Part shown: positions 35,964 through 45,872 of the stretch, one piece after another
How positions within the stretch are numbered: the first letter of the stretch is position 1
How the letters are laid out: each line of letters begins with the position of its first letter
Source of the DNA: Candidatus Micrarchaeota archaeon
GTDB lineage: Archaea > Micrarchaeota > Micrarchaeia > Norongarragalinales > SBBD01
Assembly: GCA_038046605.1 (NCBI GenBank)
Contig: JBBSVW010000043.1
Span: 1-53,613, forward strand
DNA: 53,613 nt
Reading direction: 5' to 3'
Notes under the pieces: model-generated
What the model was told of the DNA's origin: nothing
The model's input: the letters and a program-made list of their open reading frames with translations, nothing else
Database searches by the model: none
Program-made: the position numbers and the translations under genes

Positions 35964-36084
35964 ATACATCACGCATACACAGGTATACCTTAATATATTT
36001 AAAGGCAACGAGCAAGGTGCGAAAAATAGGGTTTTGAAATGCACGAATACGAGTTTATGTTTTTAGTTTTTCAAACTGTTGATC

Positions 36085-36951
36085 TCAACTTGAGGAATTA
36101 AGGAGAGCGTCCAATAAATAACCCAAAAAGCTTTTTGCAAGCGTCCTGACATTGTGGGCTGCCGCCCACAACAGGCACGCGCAGCGCCGCGTGCCGATTC
36201 TCCGCTCAGAAATCCGCGAACCATATCGGTTGGCAAAGCCGCCGAATGCAGCTTCGATCCTGCCACGGTACTTCCGACGCTTCGCGTCGTCATAATTCCT
36301 CCAAATCACGCCGCGAATCCCGCGGCGGGAAGCCGTGTTCCTCCTTTGCTGCATGCAAGGCTCGAAGCCGAGCTGAAGCGCAAGCTTGAAAAGCTTCTTG
36401 TCATCGTAAGCTCGATCACCGTATAGCTCTGCAGGAGGCGCTTTTTCCAGCAGCTGCCTCCCCACGACTACGTCGTGCACAAAGCCGCGAGTGGCTTTTG
36501 CAGCCGCAAACCAGATTTTGTGCGCCCAGGGCGCATGCTCAACGAGCGCATGGAGCTTCCAATAGGGCTTGCGTTGGAATCTGCGCTTGTAGCCAAAGCC
36601 CCGAACCGCAATCCCTGTGGAATCGAGTATTGCGCCCTTCACTTTGAAAGTTGAGCGCAATTGCCTTGCTGCGCGTTCTACGAGCGCGGAGACCCAAGCG
36701 CTTTTCAGTTTGCAAAACGCCCACTGCAGGCAGCTTCTTGGGATTTTCAGCACTGCTGCGGCAGTGCGGTAGCTGAAGCCATAGAATGAGCGGACGAAAA
36801 GTGCCAAAGCATAGTCCCTAGGGCTCCGTTTTGGCTTCCTTCCGCGCTTTGCTGGCTTCCAAGGCGCTCCTACCGCTGCCAGCAGGCGGCGAAACGTTTT
36901 TTCAATTTGCGGTTCTAAAGGCAAATTGAGAGCTAGGACCATAGCTCTCAC
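36085..36951 (-). CDS. DDE transposase
   Basis: ILDSTG, YWKLH, YGDRAYD and YRGRIEAAF (DDE with YREK-like motif). Confidence 0.9.
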   Translation of the reverse strand: MRAMVLALNLPLEPQIEKTFRRLLAAVGAPWKPAKRGRKPKRSPRDYALALFVRSFYGFSYRTAAAVLKIPRSCLQWAFCKLKSAWVSALVERAARQLRSTFKVKGAILDSTGIAVRGFGYKRRFQRKPYWKLHALVEHAPWAHKIWFAAAKATRGFVHDVVVGRQLLEKAPPAELYGDRAYDDKKLFKLALQLGFEPCMQQRRNTASRRGIRGVIWRNYDDAKRRKYRGRIEAAFGGFANRYGSRISERRIGTRRCACLLWAAAHNVRTLAKSFLGYLLDALLNSSS

Positions 36952-37011
36952 CTCTCTGTGGGTTTACAAGAACCCACAGGGAGGCTTCAAATATAATTAT
37001 TGGACAGACTC
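36103..37011 (-). mobile_element. Complete 909-bp insertion sequence (DDE, IS5/IS4-like)
   Basis: TIRs GAGAGCGTCCAATAA (36103-36117) and TTATTGGACAGACTC (36997-37011), 12/15 match; perfect 9-bp target duplication GGAATTAAG at 36094-36102 and 37012-37020. Confidence 0.92.
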
Positions 37012-37077
37012 GGAATTAAGCAACGTTTAAAAGCCCTTATCGCCATCTAAAGAGTAATCTTTTTCCAAGGAGAGCAT

Positions 37078-40000
37078 ATGGAACGATTTTTCAAATATTC
37101 GCTGATGCTTCTATTTCTCCTAACACTTTCCACTTTTGTTTTTGCCGCCGAAACCAAGGCGCCAGCGGAAAAAGCAGCCACATACTATAATATAGGCGAC
37201 CAGCTTGATAGCCGGGTTTCTGAAATCGATTCTATTTCTATTCCGGAGAGCGCAGTTGCCTCTTATGTGAAGGATGGCAGCTCCTGCAAGGCAGGTGAGG
37301 ATAAATACTGCGAATTTGACTTTGGGAAATTTGTGGAGGTAATCTTCAATGGGAGGACAGCCATGGCTGGCGTCGATGACCTTTTCATGGATTCATTCAA
37401 GGTGAAAAAATTCAAGATCAGGCAGGAATTCTTCACTGATGGCATTTTCCTATTAAATGAGGGCAAACTCCGGTTCAACACCGCCAAACTCACAGAAAAG
37501 CAAAACAAATCCTTCGAATGCACAAAGGCCGCAAATGGGGAGGATGGGTATTGCAAGCTCTCATTCCGCAATGGCGATATTGAAAAGGCAATTCCAGATA
37601 GGTTTAAGGTAAAAGGAGAGGGTTGGAGGGACCTAAAGAAGCTTTTTGTGGAAATTGAATCTGTTGAAAAGCAGGAGGTTATTCCAAACGAGAGGCTGCG
37701 CATCCCAAGGCTTGATGACAAGGAATACAAATACCCATATTCAGACATCACGGTAAAAATCAACGGAGTTGAAATTTCGGAATATGAGGGCAAAATCACG
37801 CAAATCGACACCATCGAATACGACCTTGGAAAAAACGTTGCCCCGCTTGCCATATGGACAAGGAAAACCAGGAAGCTTTGGGGCTTTGAACTGATTACTG
37901 GTTTGATCGTGGAAAACCCGCTTGATTTGAAGGATCCAACTCACGGAAAAATCGCAAGTGAGATATACAAAATAACCGGCGACGGGACGGTTTCAAAGCA
38001 GGTTGAGAAGGTTCGCAACCTATTCATCCACTATCTGGATAACGGCTTTAACATCAAGAAGGGCTCCAAAACCAAGTTCTTTGCAATGGTTCCGGCATCC
38101 TTCAACCTCAAATTTGGGCTAAGGCCGACTAATATAGATATAGAAATTGGAAACAAGCCGGCAAAAGGCAACGGGCCGGAAACTAATGTCGATTTCACAG
38201 CAGAGGAAATAGCAAATGGAAGGCAAAAATTGAAAGTCACTGCTGATGCCTCCCTTAATTACTACCCAGAAATGCTTGCGTATGCGCAGGGGCTAAGGAA
38301 AGAGGGCCTCAAGCTCAATTCGGATGGCTCAATTGACCAAAAAATCCTAACATTGCCGGAGAAATTGGATGAGAAGGCATCTAGCAAGGAGATTGCCTTG
38401 AAGGAGGAGGAATTCGAATATACCGAAGGCGACATTCACGAAACAATAAAATTAACTGATGAAATTGGCAAACTAGAAAACGGCGATTACAACATTACAG
38501 TAAGCACCGGCAAGGAAAGGGAGGATATTACCGAGGTAAAAAGGCTCATAATCACCGACAGGGAAGGGGTTTCCCAATTCACTATGAAGCTATTTGATGA
38601 AGTAGATGTTGGCGGGACAAAAATAAGCATTCTGAACAAGGGAACCTATCAGGCATTGATTCGATTTGATAAAGAGGAATGCGAAATTGGCAGGGCATGC
38701 GACCTTTCCCTTGATTTTTCAAAGAAGCTCGATAACGCAGCAGGTTTAGATGTATTAACACCACCCTTTGCGCGCATTCTCGACAATCAATTCCTACTGA
38801 TCCCCTGGCAGGAGCCAACGGATAGGAGCCTAATTGTCATCACACTTATTCCACTTACGGATGGCGGAAAGAAAATAGAACGAAAGATTGAACCTGCAAC
38901 TCCGGGGAATATCATCATAAGGGCATGGATTGAACCAACTCCCGCATATAAGAGCAAGCCGTTTGAGCCGCCTTACCCAAGGGAGTACAAAGAAGGCAAT
39001 TTCTACCTCACCCAGGAAGTCGAAATGGTGAAAATGACCTTTAAGATGGATAAGGCAACCCAGTTCCACATCCTATCGGTCATCGATTCCAATGGAAAGG
39101 AATCAAGGATAGAATCGAGTAACTTGAAGGATAAATCAAGCGCGGCAATTGATGCGGCAAAGGGCGCTACTGCAAGCCTTAAGGAGTACGTTGCTACATG
39201 GCTTGGGTACGATAAATTCGAAGGGCCAGACAAGACGCCCGCCGGTGAATACACATTAAGGCTTAGGATATGCTCCAAGGTCGGCGAAAAGCTGTGCGCA
39301 ATCGAGGATAGGCGCCCAATTACAGTTAAAAAAATCATCACTAAAAACGTCGAGCCTGAAGGCAAGTTTGGAAAAGTCAACGCCAAATTCAAGGGGGATC
39401 CGAACCTGGTAGTACTGATGACCATTTCCTCGAGCAATGGCGGGTACGGCAAGATACTCACGTCAATTGGGGATTACGCAAAGGATGTATTGGTCGATGG
39501 GACCCAGATCCAAAGGATGCAGATCGACAGCAAGGTGGGCGCAACGATTTCTGCGCAAGTAGGCTCAACGCTCAATTTCCTGGCTTGGTCGCCAACATCC
39601 GAAGGCAAATATGAGACTAGGACCATTAAGGAAAGCGGCAATGAGGACGTAATATTTGATTTCACGCAGGATGGGGCAGGTGGCGGTGCCAACGAGGGAG
39701 GATCAACAGAGTGCCAAGGAATCCGCTGCATAGTTGTCCAGGGCCCAATTGACGAAGCTGGGAAATACTCCATCCATGAGGCATTGGGATCTGACACTGA
39801 TTTGCCCAAGACCAATTCGAAGAAGTTCACTGTGCCCATTACTGCCGGAGTAGGAAAAGAAGTCTATATAGACATGAAATATATGCGGGGAGGGCTCATC
39901 CGAACCACGACAAAGAGCAGGCAGGTAGATTTCAAATTGAAGGATTGGGTAGATAATGCAAAGAAGCCTAATTTCGTCGTTAAGGTGATCAACCTCAAGG

Positions 40001-42075
40001 GCGATGAGCAATTCACCATGAGGGCAGGCATGAATCGCGAGGAATTGTATTGGGGCTTCTGGCCGCCATCAAAAAATAAAGGAGTCGCTCTTGATCCATT
40101 TTTCTTCAGGGTAGGCTATGGGCCAGATCTTGCGCAGTATTCAACCCTATATGGCGATTATGGGCAAAACCTAAAGCTTGGGGACGACATTTCCCTCACA
40201 TTCTTCGATTCAAGCAACAGGATCGTTTTGTTCAAGGAATTTGAAGTGGGATTCCCGCATGAGATCGTGGAGGTCGATGCAAATGATTTTGATCCGAGCG
40301 GCAAATGGGCAACAAGCGGAAAGCCAAGCAGCCCATCCCTTCAGGTTAAATTGAAAAATGCGCCACCCGGATTGCAGCTAAGCATGCGGCTAGATGAAAT
40401 CGCATCCCCATCAGGCTTGTCATATTCATATGATAAATCGTTATTCACATACACGGATTCATCAACGGCAATATCCGAAGTCTTCCCAAAAAGCGGGATG
40501 GGCGACATTTCAGGTAAGAAATTCTACCTTAGGATATTCGAGGAAGGGGTAGAAATATTCAAGACGCAAGTTGAAGTCGACCCGAACAAGCCAATATACG
40601 AGTTTGATTACACAAAACTGGAAATCAACTCCTTCAAAGTCAAGATAATCAACGTCCCGCTTGGGGCAAAGCTATCAATGACATTGGACGAAACCGATTC
40701 GGCTAAAGCGTTAAGAAAATCTGATTTCAGCCTCCAGGGAAGCGACATGTACTCCGATGAATTCCCGTATTCGGGCATAATCGGCAAGGATGTAACGCTC
40801 CATGTTTTTGAAGGGGGAAGGGAGATTTACAAAGCAGACCTCCAGCTTAGCGGTAAGATCCCAGAAATTGTCTTGAATTACAGGAACATGAGGCAGCCAA
40901 TCGTGATTGACACACTGAACGCGTTCCATGTAAAAATCATCAACCTAAAGGGCAAGGAAAAGCTTACAATGAAGCTATTTGATTCGGAAACCGGCTCTAC
41001 CCTTGGGAATTCAGCATTCACAATAAAGGTGGATGGAGGGTATTCAGAAGAACTTGCTTATAGCGGCATAATCGGGAAGGATGTGACATTGAAGGTTTAC
41101 GAAGATGGCAGGGAAATTTACTCAACTAACCTGGAATTGTCCGGTAAATTGCCCGAAGTCACCCTCAATTATAGGAACATGAGGCAGCCAGTTGTAAGCG
41201 ATACCCTCCTTGGGTTCCATGTAAAAATCATCAACTTGAAAGGCACTGAAAAGCTCACAATGAAGCTGTTTGATTCGGATACCGGCTCTACCCTTGGGAA
41301 TTCAGCATTCACAATGAAGGGGCTCGAAGGATTCTCCACGGAGATGGCTTACCTTGGGATCATTGGTAAGGATGTGTCGCTTAGGGTATACGAGAATGAG
41401 AGGGAAATTTACTCTACCGGGCTTAAGCTATCAGGAAAATTAGGTGAAATCGTATTGAATTACAGGAACATGAGGCAGCCGGAAGTTAAGGAAAAAATAA
41501 TCCCGGAACCTGCGGAAGGCCAAAAAATAATCACCATTAAGGGCCCTATGCCAAAAGGGATCCGCTATGAAATGTCCTACGGGTCCGAGGGAGTTACTGA
41601 TGGGGATGACGTTGTCGTCCCCCTTAGGGAAAGCTTAAGCGGATCAGTTCTTGACATTTGGGTTGTGATGACGCCAGATGGTAGCACAGCAGACAAATAC
41701 AGGCTTGTTTCGGATAATACCAAGGGTTTGGATATCAAATTTGATTACGCCAATTTCGGGAGCAAAATTCCCACCTTTGCGGTAAAGTTGGTGAATGTGC
41801 CATCCAAAGAAAGCCTTAGCGGCATTCGGGTTATGCCCGTGATGTATGATGGTCCATTCCAAACCCCGATAATAATGGAATCTGAAAGGTTCGCTTATGA
41901 GGGCGGAATCGATAAGGCAGCATATTCCCCATATTTCATGCCGGACCACGATGATATGAGCGGAGTACTTAACTTCATCGATGGCGAAGGCAATGTACTG
42001 TTCACAAAAGACTTTCGGATAAAGTACCAGGACGGCTATGTTGTATTGGAAGTAGATTATAATGAAATTGCGTGA
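37078..42075 (+). CDS. Very large secreted/surface protein with internal 97-aa repeats (1665 aa)
   Basis: Signal peptide (...STFVFA|A); GGAG SD; beta-rich repeats in the C-terminal half. Confidence 0.85.
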   Translation: MERFFKYSLMLLFLLTLSTFVFAAETKAPAEKAATYYNIGDQLDSRVSEIDSISIPESAVASYVKDGSSCKAGEDKYCEFDFGKFVEVIFNGRTAMAGVDDLFMDSFKVKKFKIRQEFFTDGIFLLNEGKLRFNTAKLTEKQNKSFECTKAANGEDGYCKLSFRNGDIEKAIPDRFKVKGEGWRDLKKLFVEIESVEKQEVIPNERLRIPRLDDKEYKYPYSDITVKINGVEISEYEGKITQIDTIEYDLGKNVAPLAIWTRKTRKLWGFELITGLIVENPLDLKDPTHGKIASEIYKITGDGTVSKQVEKVRNLFIHYLDNGFNIKKGSKTKFFAMVPASFNLKFGLRPTNIDIEIGNKPAKGNGPETNVDFTAEEIANGRQKLKVTADASLNYYPEMLAYAQGLRKEGLKLNSDGSIDQKILTLPEKLDEKASSKEIALKEEEFEYTEGDIHETIKLTDEIGKLENGDYNITVSTGKEREDITEVKRLIITDREGVSQFTMKLFDEVDVGGTKISILNKGTYQALIRFDKEECEIGRACDLSLDFSKKLDNAAGLDVLTPPFARILDNQFLLIPWQEPTDRSLIVITLIPLTDGGKKIERKIEPATPGNIIIRAWIEPTPAYKSKPFEPPYPREYKEGNFYLTQEVEMVKMTFKMDKATQFHILSVIDSNGKESRIESSNLKDKSSAAIDAAKGATASLKEYVATWLGYDKFEGPDKTPAGEYTLRLRICSKVGEKLCAIEDRRPITVKKIITKNVEPEGKFGKVNAKFKGDPNLVVLMTISSSNGGYGKILTSIGDYAKDVLVDGTQIQRMQIDSKVGATISAQVGSTLNFLAWSPTSEGKYETRTIKESGNEDVIFDFTQDGAGGGANEGGSTECQGIRCIVVQGPIDEAGKYSIHEALGSDTDLPKTNSKKFTVPITAGVGKEVYIDMKYMRGGLIRTTTKSRQVDFKLKDWVDNAKKPNFVVKVINLKGDEQFTMRAGMNREELYWGFWPPSKNKGVALDPFFFRVGYGPDLAQYSTLYGDYGQNLKLGDDISLTFFDSSNRIVLFKEFEVGFPHEIVEVDANDFDPSGKWATSGKPSSPSLQVKLKNAPPGLQLSMRLDEIASPSGLSYSYDKSLFTYTDSSTAISEVFPKSGMGDISGKKFYLRIFEEGVEIFKTQVEVDPNKPIYEFDYTKLEINSFKVKIINVPLGAKLSMTLDETDSAKALRKSDFSLQGSDMYSDEFPYSGIIGKDVTLHVFEGGREIYKADLQLSGKIPEIVLNYRNMRQPIVIDTLNAFHVKIINLKGKEKLTMKLFDSETGSTLGNSAFTIKVDGGYSEELAYSGIIGKDVTLKVYEDGREIYSTNLELSGKLPEVTLNYRNMRQPVVSDTLLGFHVKIINLKGTEKLTMKLFDSDTGSTLGNSAFTMKGLEGFSTEMAYLGIIGKDVSLRVYENEREIYSTGLKLSGKLGEIVLNYRNMRQPEVKEKIIPEPAEGQKIITIKGPMPKGIRYEMSYGSEGVTDGDDVVVPLRESLSGSVLDIWVVMTPDGSTADKYRLVSDNTKGLDIKFDYANFGSKIPTFAVKLVNVPSKESLSGIRVMPVMYDGPFQTPIIMESERFAYEGGIDKAAYSPYFMPDHDDMSGVLNFIDGEGNVLFTKDFRIKYQDGYVVLEVDYNEIA
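40633..41480 (+). repeat. Three tandem 291-bp intragenic repeats
   Basis: AGGAACATGAGGCAGCC at 40882, 41173 and 41464; FxVKIIN starts at 40633, 40924 and 41215. Confidence 0.9.
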
Positions 42076-42083
42076 TTTGAACT

Positions 42084-42611
42084 ATGAATAAGGCCGCTAT
42101 AACTATCGTATTTTCGCTTATTCTCCTTGGCTGCACCCAGCCCAGCCCTGAACAGGCGGCAACTCCGGCGGCAAAAGCGTTCATGGGCATCAAGCTTGCA
42201 AGCATTTCATCCGAAATACCTTCAGGCTGGACGAAGGGGACGGATGATGGAATCGATTTGGCGTATAGCAACGGCAAGGGGGCGTCATATCTTTTCTCAT
42301 CCATACCTATGGACGGGGATACGCTAGATGTTTTTGGAGGCAAAGAGCTCAATGGATTTGATCTGGAAAGCAAGCTTACACCACTTGAAATCTCATTTGC
42401 GCAGAATGGCAAGGTTAGCAAAATAGGAGGGAAAGATTGGTATGTTGGCTGCTACTCCCTAATCGACGAAAGCGGAACTGCATTCGAGCAGTGCACCTCT
42501 TTTACAGCATGCGGCGATAACGCGGGTTCCGTGCTGATTACTGCAGGACAAGGAAAGCTAGAAGCGCTGCTCCCCGGATACCAGCATGCGCTTGAGACAT
42601 TCAAGTGCTGA
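42084..42611 (+). CDS. Putative lipoprotein
   Basis: Lipobox ILLGC after a short signal; 8 nt downstream of the giant protein. Confidence 0.75.
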   Translation: MNKAAITIVFSLILLGCTQPSPEQAATPAAKAFMGIKLASISSEIPSGWTKGTDDGIDLAYSNGKGASYLFSSIPMDGDTLDVFGGKELNGFDLESKLTPLEISFAQNGKVSKIGGKDWYVGCYSLIDESGTAFEQCTSFTACGDNAGSVLITAGQGKLEALLPGYQHALETFKC

Positions 42612-42697
42612 AAAAATTAGGGGGTTTGGCTAATTTCGAGGATAGTATATTGCATTTAGCACTACTCCACAATCTTTCCTTACCGAGCTTTTTTTCC

Positions 42698-43333
42698 CTA
42701 ATACATCCCCCTTCTCATCCCCATTTGCCTTGGAGGGGCATTGGGATTTGCCGGCAACGCATATCCAAGCACTATTCCAATGATTATGGGAAGGAAATCC
42801 ATCTTTCCGTAAAGGATGATGTGCCCAATTGTAAGGAAGGCAAAAGCCATTATGGTGATCATCGGCAAGCCTTCCGTAACCGTAAGCTCCCAGGGGTGCC
42901 TTGCGATGTAGGCGCCAAAGACGCTAAATACACCGGCTGCAGCTCCAAAAAGAGGGATTGTTGGTTCAAGCCCAAAGGAAATGGAAAGAAGGCCCAGATT
43001 TCCGGCTATTGCACCTAGAAGGTAGGCGATTGCAAAGTTGTTGGTGCCGATTTCACGCTCAAAATCCTGGAGCATGACAATGTAGATGGATATGAGCAAA
43101 AGGAAATAGAAATTCGTGAAAAGGAAGAAAGTTGATAGGTAGGAGAAAGGTGGATTTGCAAAATCCGGGAAAATCAAGTAGGTGAAGTAGGCAAGCCAAT
43201 ATGCCTGGAGCAGGTAGTCTGAAAGCATGAAACTATTGAAGGAATCGGCGGAATAAAAATCTTTAAGGTGGCAAGGAGCGCCAAATGCGCCCGTATCGGA
43301 TAAAAGGCCGATATATAAGGATGGAACAACCAT
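42698..43333 (-). CDS. Rhomboid-like membrane protein, probably catalytically inactive
   Basis: FEREIG....AIAYLLGAIAGNL and LFGAAAGVFSVFG (GxSG serine replaced by Ala); no TM6 His. Confidence 0.72.
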   Translation of the reverse strand: MVVPSLYIGLLSDTGAFGAPCHLKDFYSADSFNSFMLSDYLLQAYWLAYFTYLIFPDFANPPFSYLSTFFLFTNFYFLLLISIYIVMLQDFEREIGTNNFAIAYLLGAIAGNLGLLSISFGLEPTIPLFGAAAGVFSVFGAYIARHPWELTVTEGLPMITIMAFAFLTIGHIILYGKMDFLPIIIGIVLGYALPANPNAPPRQMGMRRGMY

Positions 43334-43362
43334 AACCTATTAGTTAAGTAAGGTGGTAACAA

Positions 43363-43767
43363 ATGGCAAAACAAAAGCAAAGGAATGCGGCTAGGGGAAA
43401 TCCAAGAAATGCCCCAAAACGCAGCAACCATGGGGAAAAGGCAGGGTTCTTTGCCCCGACCATCGAAAAACTGCTTCTTTTATTGATTTTGGCGGGTATT
43501 TTCATGTTTTTCTTTGAATCCCCACTTATCAAAATGCAATGCTTTTCACAGGATTTGACCAAACCGGAAGGAATTTACGACACCCAGACAAATTGCCCCA
43601 AAACCATGGGCGCGCCTCTACCGCTATTCATGGGACCAACTACCAGCGACATTAAAGGGCCGGAAATTGGTTTTGTTCCAATGCTCCTCTATTTCGTAAT
43701 AGATGTGGCATTCTGGTACCTCATTGCATGCGCACTCATTTATGCAAAAAATAAGCGGATTAAGTAA
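43363..43767 (+). CDS. 2-TM membrane protein
   Basis: FFESP..C..C...GAPLP...D.AFWYLIAC; paralog of the next gene. Confidence 0.7.
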   Translation: MAKQKQRNAARGNPRNAPKRSNHGEKAGFFAPTIEKLLLLLILAGIFMFFFESPLIKMQCFSQDLTKPEGIYDTQTNCPKTMGAPLPLFMGPTTSDIKGPEIGFVPMLLYFVIDVAFWYLIACALIYAKNKRIK

Positions 43768-43890
43768 AGGGGGGAAGTGCACGATGAAAATTGCGCACAG
43801 CGTAGCTTTTAGAAGGATAAAACGCTCGACTGCCCTGCAAAATCACTCTTAAAAACCCCAAATGCCTATATTGTTGGGGGGGGAAGGGAA

Positions 43891-44211
43891 TTGCTTGATG
43901 AATACACTATTTATCTAAAGCCGAGCATACCGGTTATTGCGCTTTTTGCCATTATGGGGGGCTATTTCACCTTTTTCATCGAAACACCCTTCCAAAACGC
44001 CTGCACGCCTTGCTATGGGATGTTTTGCCCATACGAGGGGTTTTGCTACAAATTATTCGGAATGCCCCTTCCAACGCACGATACGCTAACGGGCCTTGCA
44101 ATGATCCAATATCCCCTTGCCTTTGGGTTCATGCTTTTTGACCTTGCAATATGGTATCTGCTCAGCTGCGGTTTGGTTTTTGGCTATTATAAATTTGGGA
44201 AAAAAAAGTGA
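43891..44211 (+). CDS. 2-TM membrane protein with Cys-rich loop
   Basis: FIETP..C..C..C..C...GMPLP...D.AIWYLLSC; TTG start after a G-rich SD. Confidence 0.65.
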   Translation: MLDEYTIYLKPSIPVIALFAIMGGYFTFFIETPFQNACTPCYGMFCPYEGFCYKLFGMPLPTHDTLTGLAMIQYPLAFGFMLFDLAIWYLLSCGLVFGYYKFGKKK

Positions 44212-44347
44212 ATGGATATTAGGTTAATTCAACTAAAAAGAAGTGAGCGGATTTCGGGTGGATGAAACTTAAAAGTTGTGAATGAATATTGGTCGATATA
44301 CGCTTTTGGCAAAAAAATCATCCCAAGAAAAAAATGAGGTGTCTTTT

Positions 44348-45778
44348 ATGGAACAGGACTTTTCGAACTATTTGAGCGTATTTTCCTGGCGTTATGGAAG
44401 CGCGGAGATGAGGAAGCTTTTTTCGGAGGTGGAAAACCGCAAGAAATGGCGGAAAGTATGGATGGCACTTGCCCGGGCGCAAGGCAAGGCGGGGCTGATT
44501 GATGAAAAGCACCTCAAAAAAATAGAGGAAAACATCGGGAATATTGATATTGCTGCAGCCCACAAAATCGAGCGGGAAATCAAGCACGATTTGATGGCGG
44601 AGCTCAAGGTGTTCGCGCAGCAAAGCGGGGAGGCCGGCGGAAAGCTCCATTTGGGCGCCACGAGCATGGATATTGAGGACAATGCAGAGGCGCTCAAACT
44701 GCACGAAGGGATAAAAATAATCAAGAGGGGAATTGGCGCATGCCTTATTGCTTACAGGAAGCAAATCAAGAAGTACAAGAATTTGCAAATAATTGCACAG
44801 ACGCATCTGCAAACAGCTGAACCATCAACATTGGGGTACAGGTTCACCATTTATGCGCAGGATCTGCTCCTGGATTTGGAGCTTTTGGAAACCGTTGAAA
44901 AGATGGTGAAGGGAAAGGGGTTCAAGGGCGCGGTTGGGACATCGGCGGCATATGAAAAACTGCTTAAGGGAAAGATGAAGCCGGAAGAGATGGAAAAGCT
45001 GGCGATGCAGGAATTGAAGCTTACTGCATTTGAGGCAACAACGCAAACCTACCCCAGGAAGATCGACTTTTTGGTTGTAAGCGCCCTGGCTAGTGTGGCG
45101 GCAAGCCTTCACAAGTTCGCATTTGATTTGCGCATTTTGCAATCCCCATTCATCTACGAATTGGCAGAGCCCTTTGGGGATAAGCAGGTTGGAAGCTCTG
45201 CAATGCCATTCAAGAGGAATCCCATCAAGGCGGAGAGGGTGTGCTCGCTGGGAAGGTTCGTGAGCGCGCTTCCGCAGGTGATGTGGGGGAATGCCGCCAA
45301 TTCATTGTTGGAGCGCACGCTTGATGATTCCGCAAACCGCAGAATCGTGATACCCGAAGCATTTTTTGGAGTGGATGAATCCCTTAGGATTTGCCAAGGG
45401 CTAATTGAAGGGATGGTGGTAAATGAGGTGCAAATTCGGCGCAACCTCGATAAGTATGCACCTTTTGCCATGACCGAAGTGCTCCTAGTTGAACTTGCAA
45501 AGAAGGGCGCCGATAGGCAAAAGATGCACGAACTCATACGGGAAATGAGCATGATGGCATGGAGGGTTGTGCAGGAGGGCAAGGAAAACCCGCTTAAAAA
45601 ATTGGCTATGGAAAATAAGGCAATTTCCAAATACCTCTCCGAAGCCGAAATCAAGGATGCCTTCAACACAAGATCACACATAGGGAATGCAATTGACAAG
45701 TGCGAACGGTTCGATTCGCTGATTGGATCCTCCATACGGCATGAGCTGTCGGTTGCTAGGAAGGGGACGGAATTTTAG
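44348..45778 (+). CDS. purB: Adenylosuccinate lyase
   Basis: RYGS.EM..LFS, HD, HLGATS.DI.DNA, TH.Q.A, GSSAMPFKRNP and ERTLDDSA motifs. Confidence 0.96.
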   Translation: MEQDFSNYLSVFSWRYGSAEMRKLFSEVENRKKWRKVWMALARAQGKAGLIDEKHLKKIEENIGNIDIAAAHKIEREIKHDLMAELKVFAQQSGEAGGKLHLGATSMDIEDNAEALKLHEGIKIIKRGIGACLIAYRKQIKKYKNLQIIAQTHLQTAEPSTLGYRFTIYAQDLLLDLELLETVEKMVKGKGFKGAVGTSAAYEKLLKGKMKPEEMEKLAMQELKLTAFEATTQTYPRKIDFLVVSALASVAASLHKFAFDLRILQSPFIYELAEPFGDKQVGSSAMPFKRNPIKAERVCSLGRFVSALPQVMWGNAANSLLERTLDDSANRRIVIPEAFFGVDESLRICQGLIEGMVVNEVQIRRNLDKYAPFAMTEVLLVELAKKGADRQKMHELIREMSMMAWRVVQEGKENPLKKLAMENKAISKYLSEAEIKDAFNTRSHIGNAIDKCERFDSLIGSSIRHELSVARKGTEF

Positions 45779-45872
45779 GATCTAAAATATCGAGGGATTG
45801 AAAGAATGGGAATATACCAATAAGCATAATCTTCCTCCATCGCTACACAATTATCGCTAAAGTGAAGTGCAT

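Noticed and set aside
40633-41480. CRISPR array or DGR template/variable repeat (also considered for the vapC duplicate)
   Set aside because: The repeats are in-frame protein repeats without spacers, differences are not adenine-specific, and no cas or reverse transcriptase gene is present.
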